Of a DNA stretch of 64,000 bases, positions 51,871-64,000 are shown piece by piece (position 1 is the stretch's first letter; every line of letters begins with the position of its first letter). The notes under the pieces were generated by a model. That model searched no databases. It was not told the DNA's origin and was given only the letters and a program-made list of their open reading frames with translations. The position numbers were made by a program, and so were the translations under genes. The DNA is taken from assembly GCA_013265495.1 (NCBI GenBank), contig MU058636.1:2728001-2792000 (forward strand), read 5' to 3'. Source of the DNA: Vicugna vicugna (lineage: Eukaryota).

Positions 51871-53903
51871 ATCAGCAGAGATGAATCTTCTCATTTAATT
51901 TTTCTCAACTACTTTGTGGTAGGTACCGTTCTAGGTTCTGTGGTGGGGAGGCAGGTAGCGTTGCTTGGAAGAAGGTGTGAGCTGGCGGGTTTAGCTGCTG
52001 TCAGAAATTTGAGCTTGACGATAGAACCTGAGATGTGTTGCTTTCTTTGCAAGAGGGAACCCTCAGCATGCGTGGGTCCGGGATATACCTGCCCCTCCTG
52101 TAGAAAAATGATGTTCCGAGCTGGGAAGAATTCAAGCCAGTGACGTCAGCTGCCAAGATGAGATTTTATTCCAGTAAATGTAATTTCCTAAAGTCATTTT
52201 AGTTTCTATCTCAAACAGGTGCTTACCCATTCACAGTCATATCAAAACCACAGACTCCCTTAAATGTACCAGAGACTGGGTTTGGTTGCCATGGAAAACA
52301 CACCATTGGGTACAGTTCCACAAAACTGCGACTTTCCTTGAGACAACGATTTATTCCAGTTGGCAGCAACACATTTTTGATATTTATAAAATTCTTTGAA
52401 GTATATATATACATACACATACCTTCTAGATATTTTATATGAAGATGTCTGGTGATCCTCTAACATATTTAGTCCTTTGTGCGTAAAGATAATTCCTTCT
52501 GATGTATGTTAATGTTAGTATTTTTAAACCTGTGGGTTTAATTCTTAACCTGAATTGACGGACTAAAACAGGATACCAGGGGCTGCCCGTGAACTCTCCT
52601 GAGGACAAGCAGCTTCTTGAAACTTGGAGCAGCTGCCTCCGTAAAATTGGGACTTCATAAGTCGAATGTTTGTAGTGGTGTCCGGGTTACAAAGCTCTTT
52701 CACGCATTATTCCTTTTGAGTCTGACAAGAACCCTAGGAGACAGACAGGTAAGGTAGATAATACCGCCACCATGTTGACAGTGAATAAATCACGGCGATA
52801 GAGAGCGAAAGCAAACCCCAAATCACAGGACTGTAAAGAATAACGGAGCTGGTCCTTATCTCGTTCCACCACGACCAGAGCATGCTGGCTTCATGTTGTA
52901 AGATCTCAGTTGGTGTCTGAGGGAAGATAAGAAGAAGCAAGAGAAAGACACGATGTGCTGTATTGATTTAACCTGAAAATTGCTGAAGAGCATCTTGCAA
53001 AACGTGACGTTTTAAATGACAGACAGTCACATCCAAATTATGCAGATAGAATCACCTCCCACTTGTGAGTTTCCCATGCATGTGAGTCCCTTCTTTTTCT
53101 TTGTATCTCCAGCCCCAGCCCAGGGCTGATCACATGGAATGTGAACCATTCATTGCTTCATTTTATAAACTTGATTGAACCCAGGAGACACAACTATTAG
53201 TGTGAAAGACGGATGCAGCATGGTCTCTGACCTTGGGGGACACCCGCGTACTGGATAGGCAGAGGCAGAGCGGGTAGTTAAAACCCAGCGTCCAGAGCAA
53301 GGTGCTGAAGGTCTGGGAGCTCAGCGGAGGATCTGCAACCCACTTAGAGGTCCAGCGAAGGCTCTTAGGGGTAACACAGCTGAGCTTAAAGGAAATGGAG
53401 GAGTCAGTGAAGAGGGGATTCTTCCATACACTTGATCAGGTACAGAAACAGTGTTAATGACATCGTGGACTTGATGTCTCCTTTGGGAAATGGGAAGAAG
53501 AGTGAAGAGGGATGGGTTTTCCATGAGGTGACCCCTAAGCCGGAGGAATAGGGCAGATGGGTCCGTCTGTTGAAACTCTTTAAATTGCTTGTATATAAAG
53601 GAGGACAGTGTTCGGGATGTTAGACTCCAGTGATGCTCTTTTCATAGATTTTTTTAAACACTTGTTTTTTCTCGTCTAATGGCATTACGAAATTATTCTC
53701 ATTTACTCAAGCAACCACATATACCACCAGGGGGAGATTCAAGTACTGCCAGTCTGTTGGCTTAATTTGACAGTTTATTAGAACAAAGTAATATGTAAGT
53801 TGCAAAGTTATATTCAGATCAGTGTTTTTGGTCATAATTGCAGTTCTTCAGCCAAATGTTGGGTCTTCGGAAAGTTAATTCTGGTTAAAGAAGATGATAA
53901 CTT

Positions 53904-54004
53904 GGGGGAGGGGTATAGCTCAGTGACAGAGTGTGTGCTTAGCACGCACGAGGTTCAATTCCCAGTACCTCCATTTAAAAAAAAAAGGGACCAAATTAAA
54001 AAAC
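53904..54004 (+). mobile_element. tRNA-Ala-derived SINE (Vic-1-like) with small internal deletion
   Basis: gggggaggggtatagctcagtg...ggttcaattcccagtacctccatttaaaa; TSD AAGAAGATGATAACT (53888-53902) / AAGAAGTTGATAACT (54005-54019). Confidence 0.88.
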
Positions 54005-54299
54005 AAGAAGTTGATAACTAAGCTAACTCTGCATTGCAAGTAACCCTGTAAAGATTTACTAGGTTTGAGTAATAATGAATCTGATCATGACCTCAGGGCT
54101 CCTTAACACAACTCTTTTTTTTAAAAAAAAAAAAGGTACTGATAAAGAATTTGGTCAGAATTTAGCTTATCAGAGTGATCGTTCCGATGGAGAGACCAGG
54201 CTGGCAGCTAAGTGCGGGTGTTTTTCATACAACGAGAATGGCTCTGACTTTCAAGGAGACCTTTTAACTAAGTTTACTAGATCCTGATATGGAAAACAA

Positions 54300-56220
54300 A
54301 AATACCAACTTATTAATTTGCACTTCACAATGAGAAATTATGTCTGCCTACAGGCAGAGCTGCCTACAAAGCTAAAATCATAACCAGAAGACTGCTTAGT
54401 GGACCAGAATCAATCCTGTGCCCTGGATCAGAATGGCGTCTCACTGAGAGAGCCCTGGGCAGCCGTCTGCACAGCTCTCTCTTTTCTGGGACCTCAGTTC
54501 TTAGCCAGGGATCCCCGTGGGAGGAGACAGAAACCCGGTAGCACGGCCTGGGAGCTTCTGCCGACTCCCCGCGCACGCCCTGCCTCCAGCCGCACCACAC
54601 AGTAGCTGGCTCTGGGCTTCCCATCCCACCGCACTCAGCTGTCAGACAAAATCTACGAGGCAGCTGTCTGTAAGCAACAGACACCACAGGCCTGCGATCC
54701 TTGAAAAAGGGATCCCACTGAGTCCCCTGTTAGTCCCAGCTTTCTGCCGGGGGTCACTTACCAGACCACAGCACGGACAGGTGCTCCAGGCCGTGACCAA
54801 CGTCTCGCTGGGCTGAAGAAGCAGATACCAGAGTTCCAGGTGATGAAAGCGGCTAGAAATTGTAGGGCTGAGCACTGGGGAGAAGTAAACTGGGCAAAGG
54901 GGGCCCCCGGGAATTTGCACAGGGGGTCCCCAGTGCTCCTAGGTGAAGCCTAGGCTGCCTGTGCCCTGGGAGACCCGGCTGAGGGTGGCTGCCGCAGGCC
55001 TGAGCTGGATGGAGGCCCCAGGGTGTGCAGTGCGGGGAGATGTTGGAACACCAGCCAGCGGGGTGCAGCCAGCTCCCTGGGCACCTCGAGCAATCAGTCA
55101 GGATCTGAGGAAGGCCGGGCTCTAGGAGTAAGGGTCTCTCTTGGACAAACAGAAGTGGACCCACCTGACAAAGAATAAAACCAAGTCCGGGCGGGTCAAA
55201 GGCGTCTGGTAACTGACCTGCCAGCCAAGAAAACTCAACACCTGTTAAAGGAAGACAGGGTAACACACCCCCAGTGGGGTCTCATCCACAATGTTGAATG
55301 TAGATTTTTAAAAATCAGACTCACAAAAAGCAGGACCCATAATCAGGGAAAAACATAGGCAGTAGAAATGGGTATTGAAATAAGCCAGTTGTTAATAGAA
55401 AGTAGTCACTCGATGTGGGTGTTAAAATAACTCAGTTGTTGCAACTAGCAGATAAGAAATTTTAAAAGCTATTTTAAACATGTTCAGGCACCTCTGGAAA
55501 AAGAGGAACAGACTGAGTAACCAGGTGGGGACACACAACAGAGAAATGAAAACTACAAAAAAACCAAATGGAGATGTTCGAGCCCCAGAGTCAAATCTCT
55601 GAAATGAAAAAGTCACCGGACGGGCTTTAAAGCACGTTGGAGACCGCACGAGAAAGGGGCCAGTGCATTGAAGACAATCAGCAGATGTCATCCAGTCTGG
55701 AGAACAGAGAGAAAGAAAAGATTAAAAGAAAATGAGCAGAGAGTCAGGGGCCTGTGGAACAGGCAGCCTAACAGATGCGTCATTGGACTGCCTGAAGGAG
55801 AAGAGAGACGTTGGGGGGAAATTTAGAAAAAATGATGGGCAAAGACATCTTAAATTTGCTTTTTAAAGAGCAGCCTACAGACCCAAGAAGCAGTGAACCC
55901 CAAACAGGATAAACACAAATACACAAATCACACCTAAGATGTCGTAGTCAAACTCATGAAAACCAAAGATAGGAGGTATTGAAAGCAAACAGACGAAGAC
56001 ACACGTCACGTACGGAGGACAAGGATGTGACAGTTACCCTCATCAGAAACAGACAGAGGCAGTGGAACTTCATTTTCTAAGTGACTAAATGACTAAAGAA
56101 AAAAGAATTCAATATCCAGAGAAAACATCCTTTAAAAAAATGATAGACACTTGGAGTCACAGGGAAGAATGAAGACTATCAAAGTGGTAAATGTGTGGAT
56201 GAAGATAAAAGCTGACTAGT
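54300..56220 (+). mobile_element. Old L1M 5' UTR and ORF1 remnant
   Basis: ORF1-like motifs (cattggactgcctgaaggagaagagaga, cctacagacccaagaagcagtgaacccc, tcaaactcatgaaaaccaaaga). Confidence 0.65.
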
Positions 56221-57370
56221 TTTTAAGTGTTCAGTTCTGTGAATACCTCCACATCATCACCACCCAAGACATGACGCATTTACGTCACTCCAGAAAGTTC
56301 TCCAGGCCTCTTTCCAGTCAGGCCCACCCCACTCCCCGCCTCTGAAGCAGCCGTTCTCTTACTTCCGTCGTCACACGTGAGTATTTTGGCCTTGGATTCC
56401 ATACGGATGCGATCAGACAACGTATAATCTTTTGTGTGTGGATGCTTTCGCCCCCCCATGAGATTCATCCACGTTGCTGAGTCTATCAGTAGTTTGTACC
56501 TTTTTATTGTTTTTTTTTAATTAATATCCATTCATTTATTGAAGTATAGTCAGTTTACAATATGTCCATTTCTGGTGCGCAGCGTAATGTTTCAGTCATA
56601 CATATACATTTGTTTTCATATTCTTTTCCGTTATTGGTGACTACAAGAAACTGAACATAGTTCTCTGTGCTGTACAGAAAAATCGTGTTGTTCATCTGTT
56701 TTATATTTAGTAGTTAGTATCTGCAGATCTCGAACTCCCAATTTATCCCTTCCCATCCCCTTTCCTCCCTGTTAACCATGAGTTTACTTTACTATGTCTG
56801 TGAGTCTGTTTCTGTTTTATAAATAAGTTCATTTGTGTCTCTTTTTTCAGATTCCACATATGAGTGATATATGGTATTTTTCTTTCTCTTTCTGGCTTGC
56901 TTCACTTGTGTGAAGATCTCCAAGCCTATCCATGTTGCTTCAAATGGCATTATTTTATTCTTTTTTGTGGTTAAGTAGTATTCCATTGTATAAGTATACC
57001 TTTGTATTGTTGAGTAATGTTCCATTGGCCTGGGAATACCAACATGAATCATCCATTCTTCCGCTAATGGACATTTGAGTTGTTTCCACATTTTGCTGTT
57101 AAAAATAAGGCTGTTATTTTTGCACAAGTATTTTTGTGGACAGAGATATTTTCATTTCTGTCAGTTAAACTCCTACATGAGAAGTTACTGAGTCATAGGA
57201 CAGATGTGAGCTTAACTTTAGGAGAAACTGCCTAACAGTTCTGGAAATGGCTGCACCATTTTGCACCATCCCCAGCAAGGTGTGAGGGTTCCAGTTCCTC
57301 CATGTCCTTGCCAACATTCGGCGCTGTCAGTCATTTTGTTGTTGTTTTAGCCATTCTAGTGGGTGTGAAG
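56220..57370 (-). mobile_element. Old L1 3' end with a nested younger L1 3' end (about 56510-56995)
   Basis: Outer: catcaccacccaagac, ggctgcaccattttgc. Inner: ttattgaagtatagtcagtttacaat...atccatgttgcttcaaatggcattatttt. Confidence 0.8.
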
Positions 57371-57924
57371 AGCGCCCCTCCCCCACCTACCAGGCTCTGC
57401 AGTCAGCATTTAGGTCCAGTTCACTTTGCTTCAGTGCGTTCTTCCCATCAGAGCTTCAGTGCAAAAGCTCTGCCATCCACTTTCTCTCCCTCTCCTATCC
57501 CCAAACCCTGTTTCTTCTTCTCTAATTACTCCCAGCAGTGGTGAGTCCATGAAGCGCTTTGTCTGTCCAGTGATGGGAGCTGTGAGGGACTTGGGTAGGA
57601 GGGTGACCAGAAGTGGCCAGACAGAGACACTGTGCCTGGGGAAAGGCTGAAAGCCTGGGGCTCCGTCCTGACATTTAGTTAGCATTTACTTGGTCAGCTT
57701 AGGGGACCAACTGATTTTTTCTTATTAAAAACATGTTTACAAAAACATTCCGATACTTAATGTAATTCCATGGCCTTTCCTTCAAGTCAGCAACTGGAAA
57801 AAAAATGGCAAAAGCATTTCCTGCTTTTCTGCAGGATTATTCTCTTCTGTAAGATTTATCTTTTCTTCAGTGATTTTCTAAATCAGGCATCTTCTTGGGG
57901 GGCATTTTAAAGGGTTTTTTTAAT

Positions 57925-58055
57925 TCTATTTTTTATTGCAGTGTAGTTGTTTTACAGTGTTAGTTTCAGGTGTACATCAGAGTGATTCCGTTATATGCAT
58001 ACATACATTTTTTTTTTAGATTCTTTTCCAGAAGATGTTATTACAAGAAACTGAA
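57925..58055 (-). mobile_element. Very short L1 3' end
   Basis: ttttattgcagtgtagttgtttacagtgttagtttcaggtgtacatcagagtgattc. Confidence 0.75.
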
Positions 58056-59039
58056 GACAGGGTTTATTTGCAATAATAAGTCACTTACTCTCAGGCAGCA
58101 ACTCCCCAGGATACACACGATCACACACACACCCCCCCCCATATACAGATGGACCAAGCACACATCAAAATACGTTCACCTGACATCAGTTGGAATGACA
58201 TTTCCCTTGCTGTTCACTTGGGAGGGAGCAGACCAGTTTGCACTTGGCCGGGTTTGTAGGAGTGGAGAACAGATCCCTGAGTTCACCAGACTGGCAGTCA
58301 GGGCACCGCCAGCAGGCAGACACCACACCAGTTATTTTAACCAGTGATCATTTAATGCAAAGAGTTGTCAGCTAGGCCACTGAAAAGGCAAAACAAGGAC
58401 CCCGAGGCACTGTGCAGGTAGCAGCCGCAGGAAGCAGCTGGGGTACTCGGGAAGCGGCTGGCGTGATTAAAACATAGACGCTTGGAGAGGCACTTGGTGG
58501 AGCTGAAGCCTGGACCTCTGACAAGGGGGCACTGGTCTCGAGCTTGGAGGAGGAGCTTCTGGGGCTGAGATCCAGACCCAAAAAGGGCAAGCTAGGAGTC
58601 TGGTGAGGGAGCTGGAAAGACTGGGTTCCACACGGAGAAAACTGCACGTGCAAAGGCCCTGGGGTGGGAATGTGCTAAGGGCAGCATCCTCACTCTTCCA
58701 TAGAGAGGGCCTGAGGAAACACAAAGCTCCCCCAAACCCCACCAAGCCCCAGAGTTTCTGATGCAGTAGGAAGGGATGGGGCCCAAGAATCTGCAACTCG
58801 TCCTGCTTTCCAGCACTGCTGCTGGCCTGGGGGTGACTTTGGGGACTGTAGAGACTCAGGGCCAGCTGGGAGCTCACGTCAGGACAGAGGGAACAGGCAG
58901 GCCTAGAATTCAGACAGGCAGATGGCTCCAGGCACAGCAACGGTCAGGGCCCATCGTCAAGGAAGGACACATCCGCCCTCTGCTCTGTGCTGAGCTGTCT
59001 ACCTGACCTGGGTAATGAAGGCTGCAGGTCTTCTGCACA

Positions 59040-59290
59040 CCAGGGAGAATGGCTCTGGGGCCTGAGTCCTGCACTGAGCGCATTTTAGCAAGAGCCTCAG
59101 ATAATTTGTATTAAAGTTGAAGAAGCACTGTCTTTGTGGGCGTGGCTCCCAGTGGGAGGTCCCTGGACCAGCAGCATCTGCATCACCTGGGAACTTGTTA
59201 GAAATGCAGACATTCCAGGTGTGGGGCCCAGCTGCCTGTTTCAACAGCCCTGAACATGATACAGGGTGTAGCCAAGGTAATAGACAAATG
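59040..59290. mobile_element. Adjacent MER5-family DNA transposon fragments
   Basis: taaagttgaagaagcactg, then ccctggaccagcagcatctgcatcacctgggaacttgttagaaatgcaga. Confidence 0.75.
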
Positions 59291-61052
59291 TTTCTGCTCA
59301 TCATAAACACACTCTTGAGCTATTAGTCGCCGAAAACGTAACTTCTCTGTTTATGCCTAAAGTTGGTAGGTAGAAACAATTCGAGGTGGTCCATTTTGTT
59401 CCTGGAAGTGGATCTGATATATTTGGAAGTCATGGCCAAGAGGCTGGGAGGAGTTAATGGGGAAATGCACACCTCTTAAAAAATTAGATTCTACTAATTT
59501 TCAAACATTAATCCTTCATTCCTATGCAAAATTAAAAGCAATAAACCCTTGGACAACAAATGAAGACTCATTATAAATCTGAGAAACCTTCAGAGAAAAT
59601 GCCGCAAACCCTGTGGAGAGCACGGGATAGCCAGGCCCGGCGTGTGTCTGCCATCCTGAAGGAGGGAATGACAGTACGCAAGCCTGCCACTGTCACATGG
59701 ATTAAAATGTATTCTGTAGCAGCCCCTGGCCTCCGTCCCCACCAAGAGCCAATACGGGGGATGGGGACAGAGGAGGAAGGTCAGCAGCACACTCGGAATG
59801 GGGCCACTCCCAGCTGTGACGCTTGGGACTGGGGCACAGGAGGTCACTGCTTCCTCCGTAGAGAGCATGCTACGCAGGGAACATGGGTCCAGAGTCTCAG
59901 CTTAGGCAGAAGTTCATACATCTTTGGAGAAGTCATAAAAAACTCCTTCAAAAGGGATGTTCAACCTGGAGGTGGTGTTCACTTTAAAATTTATGGAACG
60001 AATATTAATGTGAGATAACATTAGAGGCTTAGCTTCTCCTTGCCATTTTGCACAGGAGGAAAAAAAATTAAAAGCAATAAATGCTCACTGCAACCAAATG
60101 GACCCACTGTCTGACCTGCCCAAAGCCGGCCCCCATGGGGTGTTAGCGGAGCCCAGATTAGCCCCGGGGAAAGGGGGACGCAGGCGCTCTGCAGAACCAT
60201 CTCCGCAGAAAGCTACGTCCTGATCATGGGCAGTAGTGTTATTAGTTCTCATGCAGACCGCATTTGTTTCTCTTTCCTAAACTCATCATTATAGCCATCC
60301 TCTCAAATCTATTTCCTCTTCCCTCCTTTGCCCCCAGAAATCATTGTTGCATTTTCCTCCTCTCATACCGAGAAGGTTACTTCTGAGCATCGCAGTTACA
60401 TTCACAGACAGGAGCCATCATTACCCATTTGCTAAAAGGCTCGTCCTTTATCCTAAGAAACGCGTTAAAAATAGCACAAATTCTTTATTACTCGAATAAG
60501 CACCGGAAACTAATTGAGATTTTTGTATCTGTTTCTCCTTATATTTCTTTATTTCCATTCTTCCAAAACATAAGACAGAATAGCAGTTGAATTATTATTT
60601 GAAGGAAGGAGCACTCCTAAGATTCAGAACACCCGCTGGGAATCCCAGCTTCCTCCAGAGAGTTCTTGCTGTGTGGCCTTGGACAAGTGACTTAACCCCT
60701 CTGAGCCTCCATTTCCTCTTCTATAAAATCAGAGCAAAAATGCTGGCTTTACCCAGCTTTGAAATGTGCCGTGAAGACTGAACAAGTTAATACTGTGCGT
60801 TAAAGAATTTCATTAAGAATGACACATAGAAATGGCCAGCATTGTTATTACTAAGAGTGTCTCCTGTTGCCCGGCAGTGAGTCATTCTACAAAAGCAAAT
60901 TTTCTCTGCAGATGAAGCTTCTTTCTTTAGGGATCCATTGTGGAAGGAGATCATAATAAAAATGGTACAGCCTTTGCTGTTGTCTTCAAGAGACGACAGT
61001 GGACAAATATAAACTCCTTTTTTAAACAGATCCAGCAAATATTGACTTGACT

Positions 61053-61293
61053 TATTTTTTGAAGTATAATCAGTTTACAACGTGGTATTAATTTCTGGTG
61101 TACAGCACAGTGATTCAGTAATACATATATATATGTGTATATATATATATATATTCCTTTTCATATTATTTTTCATTGTAAGCTATTACAAGGTATTGAA
61201 TACAGTTCCCTGTGCTGTGCAGTAGGACCTTATTGCCTTGTTGTTTACCTGTTTCATATAGAGTAGGTAGTATCTGCAAATCCCAAACTCCCA
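61053..61293 (-). mobile_element. Short young L1 3' end with (AT)n
   Basis: tttttgaagtataatcagtttacaac...gtacagcacagtgattcagt...acagttccctgtgctgtgcagtaggacctt. Confidence 0.8.
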
Positions 61294-61392
61294 GAGGGTG
61301 TAGCTCAGTGGTAGAGCACGTGCTTAGCATGCCCAAGGTCTGGGTGCAGTCCCCAGTACCCCCACTTAAAAAAAAAAGATATTAAAAAAAAC
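61294..61392 (+). mobile_element. tRNA-Ala-derived SINE (Vic-1-like) at the edge of the L1 3' fragment
   Basis: gagggtgtagctcagtggtagagcacgtgcttagcatgccc...A tail; flanks caaactccc / caactcccc. Confidence 0.85.
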
Positions 61393-61489
61393 AACTCCCC
61401 TTGATAACTCTTGGTCACCATTACAACACCCACCGAATTACTGAGTCCTAGCGTGCCGGGACAGAGGGGGCTTAACGCTCACAGTGCCT

Positions 61490-61845
61490 CTGCTGGTCGC
61501 TCGGGCTGCCACGACAGAATCCCACAGACATGGTGCTTAAACAGCAGGAGCTCATGTTTTGGAGGCCGAAGTCCAGGTCAGGGCACTGGCAGAGCTGGTT
61601 TCTCCTGCGGCCTCTCTCCTGGGCCTGCAGGGGGATGTCTTCTCCCTGTGTCCTCATGTGGCCCCTGACACATCCCTGGTGGCTCTGCCTTTTCTTATAG
61701 GGACACCAGTCATATTGGATCCGGGCCCCACCCTAATGGCCTCATTTTAACTTAATCACCGCTTCCAAGACCCCATCCCTCACTGTGGTTACACGCTGAG
61801 GTGCTGGGGATGGCTTTAGGGGGCGTACATTTCAGCCCATCACAG
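61490..61845 (-). mobile_element. MLT1A-like solo LTR
   Basis: ctcgggctgccacgacagaatcccacagac...ccctaatggcctcattttaacttaatcac...ttcagcccatcaca. Confidence 0.85.
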
Positions 61846-62739
61846 TGCCCAGGCTCCTCATTTTACCCTTGAGAATGTTGAGACCCAGAGAGGTTGAGTG
61901 AGTTGCCAAAACTCCCACAGCTGGTGTCAGTAGAGCCTAGGACAGAGGCTGGCCCAGAGACCAGGGCTGCTCTTTACTGCGTCTTGCCTCTGTCTCCTGC
62001 CCCTTCCAGGTGTCACCTGACCACTTCCGTCCTGGGCTTTCCCTCCCCCCCCTTCTAATCTGTTCTCTGGAAGCTCTGACATTCCGGATCCAGTGTGCAG
62101 GAAGTTACTTAATATTATGCTGTATGGAACTTTAAGTGTAAGGGGTGGGACGTGGATGGGGCACTTCATGACACGTATTTGGGAATCTTGAGGCTCCCAT
62201 ACATAGCCATCCAGTTTGGGGACCAGTTTGATCCACAGGTAAATAAAACGTGAGTGCAGTGTAGGACATCACCTTGATAAGAAACCTGTCTGAATCTGTT
62301 ACGGGGCATTTGAAATAGCTGGCAGCTTGAAAATGCCCTTCCTCTGACTACTGCCACGTCTCTGGTGTCCTTCCACAAACCATTCACACGCCTGTGGGGA
62401 GGGAGACCGGCTGTCAGTCTGCCCCCGCTTCACTAGGGGAGCTCTGTCCTGAGATCTCATGCATTTAAGACTTCAGTGCTTTTATAAAATTGACCACAGC
62501 ATGTGCCCCGTGTGAAGTGGCATATTATCATTAATCATTAAAGTGTCACAAAGCTTGTCAAAAATCCAGCGGTCCTGAATTTCACATTTTTCACACTAAT
62601 TGGCAACTCCCAGAAAGGCCCTTCCTGAGTACCGTGGACCAGAGGCGAATGCCACAGTAACGTCTGTGAGCTGTGGGCCCTGATACGTACCGGAATTCAG
62701 CTGTTAGTTCAGTAGAGATTTATGTGGTGCCTAATGCGT

Positions 62740-63535
62740 GCTTTTCCTCCCAGTGGGTCTCCTCCGCCAATGTTCACATTTCCTTAAACAGCACCGCCAT
62801 CCCCAGTTGCTCAGACCAATATCGTGAGTCAGCCTCGATTCCTGTCTTTCCTTCACCTCCCCGGTCCAGTCCAGGAGCACGTGCAGGTGGCTTTGCCTCC
62901 TAAATGCATTGCACATCCATCCGGCCTCCACCAGGCTGCAGCCTCGGGCCCAGGCACCGTCACATCTGCCTGGACCTCAGAAACGTCCTCGCCTTTGTCT
63001 GTCTATTCCCCATGCAGCCACCAGGGGGCCCCTGTGTTCTCCCTGTGTAAGACTGTCGGGGGCTTTCCAGGCCCCCGAGTGCAACCCTCGCTCCTCTCCG
63101 GGGGACCACTGGCCCTGCGTCATCTGACTCTCCCTCTCTCGATTTTCACCTCCTCCACTGTCTCCCTTATGGACCCTCCATCCCTGTTGTCTTCCTGTTC
63201 CTTAAGTGTGCCGAGTCTCCCCACCAGGGCCTTTGCTCATGCAGTCCTTCCTTCTGGAACCTCCTCCACTGTCGTTCACAGCCACCCGGCTGGTGTTTTC
63301 CCAGGGCGCCTTCCGTCCACCGGCGCCGAGGTACCCTGCGCCTGGCCCCAGCCCTCCCCTCGCACTGTCCTTATTTCACTTTTTCCCTGCAGTTATCACA
63401 GGTTTTCACTGCCTAACATTTTGCTGTTGGAAACATTTGCCCTTGCCTTTATTTGTCCTCCTGACAGCGTGTCTTGCACATCACGGGACTAGGCTGTGGC
63501 ACGTAGCAGGTGCTCAGTAAATTCAACTGCTGTCT
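62740..63535 (+). mobile_element. L2 LINE 3' portion
   Basis: cagggcctttgctcatgcagtccttccttctggaac...ggcacgtagcaggtgctcagtaaa. Confidence 0.75.
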
Positions 63536-64000
63536 GTTGCCTGCCTACCTGAGCACAGATTCAGAAGTGGCTGTGATGCAGCCCCTGCCCACTGGGGAGG
63601 GAGACAGACAGGTCAAGGGGTGGCTGCGGTTCGATACAGGGAGTGCTCGAAGTCTGGTATGCCAGAGCCTCCCCTTGCCTCTGAGCTACTGAAACCCGGG
63701 AGCACCGGGGCTGCGGCGGAGAGGGGAGGCCCTGCCCTCTAGGGCCTCGCCGCCCCCGCGGCGGCTCGGGGCAGTGAGCTGCCCTTCCTCAGCCCCCACC
63801 GGCTGCTGGATGCTTGTCTGGGGGGCGGGGAGGGCAGGGTGTGCCAGGTGGATGGCATCCAGGAAGCGCTGTGCAAACGCAAGCTCTTGTTTTTACGGTG
63901 ACCACCGTTTAGTCCCCGACGCTGGAGATGCCTCAGGGACCCGCAGAGATGCCAGGAGACCCACTGGCCCTTTCACACTCCTAACAGTCCTAGTCCGTGA

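Noticed and set aside
25546..61392. All four Vic-1-like SINEs are in sense orientation
   Set aside because: n=4 is too small to distinguish from chance.
62824..63492. 222-aa plus-strand ORF
   Set aside because: Lies within a decayed L2 3' region, has a non-ATG start and no clear protein signature.
1..64000. CRISPR arrays, operons or prokaryotic defence systems
   Set aside because: The sequence is mammalian intron with LINE/SINE/LTR repeats; there are no regularly spaced repeats or gene-dense ORFs.

Overview
Mammalian genomic DNA, very probably camelid (alpaca/camel): it carries four ~90-bp tRNA-Ala-derived SINEs resembling the camelid Vic-1 family. The window lies inside the MTUS2 (CAZIP/TIP150) gene, + strand. 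It contains a CpG-rich internal promoter with the alternative first coding exon of the short MTUS2 isoform (MGHCCCKPYNCLQCLDKT, 35902-35955) and the next, shared 67-nt coding exon (NESALVKEKELSIELANIRDEV, 45858-45924). Everything else reads as intron, dense in repeats: old and young L1, L2, MIR, MER5/MER58, MLT1, ERV1-type solo LTRs and a decayed ERVL-class provirus with a recognisable protease. Almost all ORFs in the supplied track look spurious. I found no convincing wholly new system. The most interesting signals cluster at the internal promoter: a predicted myristoylation/palmitoylation N-terminus, a stop-start uORF pair overlapping the main start, a MEF2 site and a weak splice donor. Gene and repeat names are from recalled sequence similarity, not database searches, and repeat boundaries are approximate.
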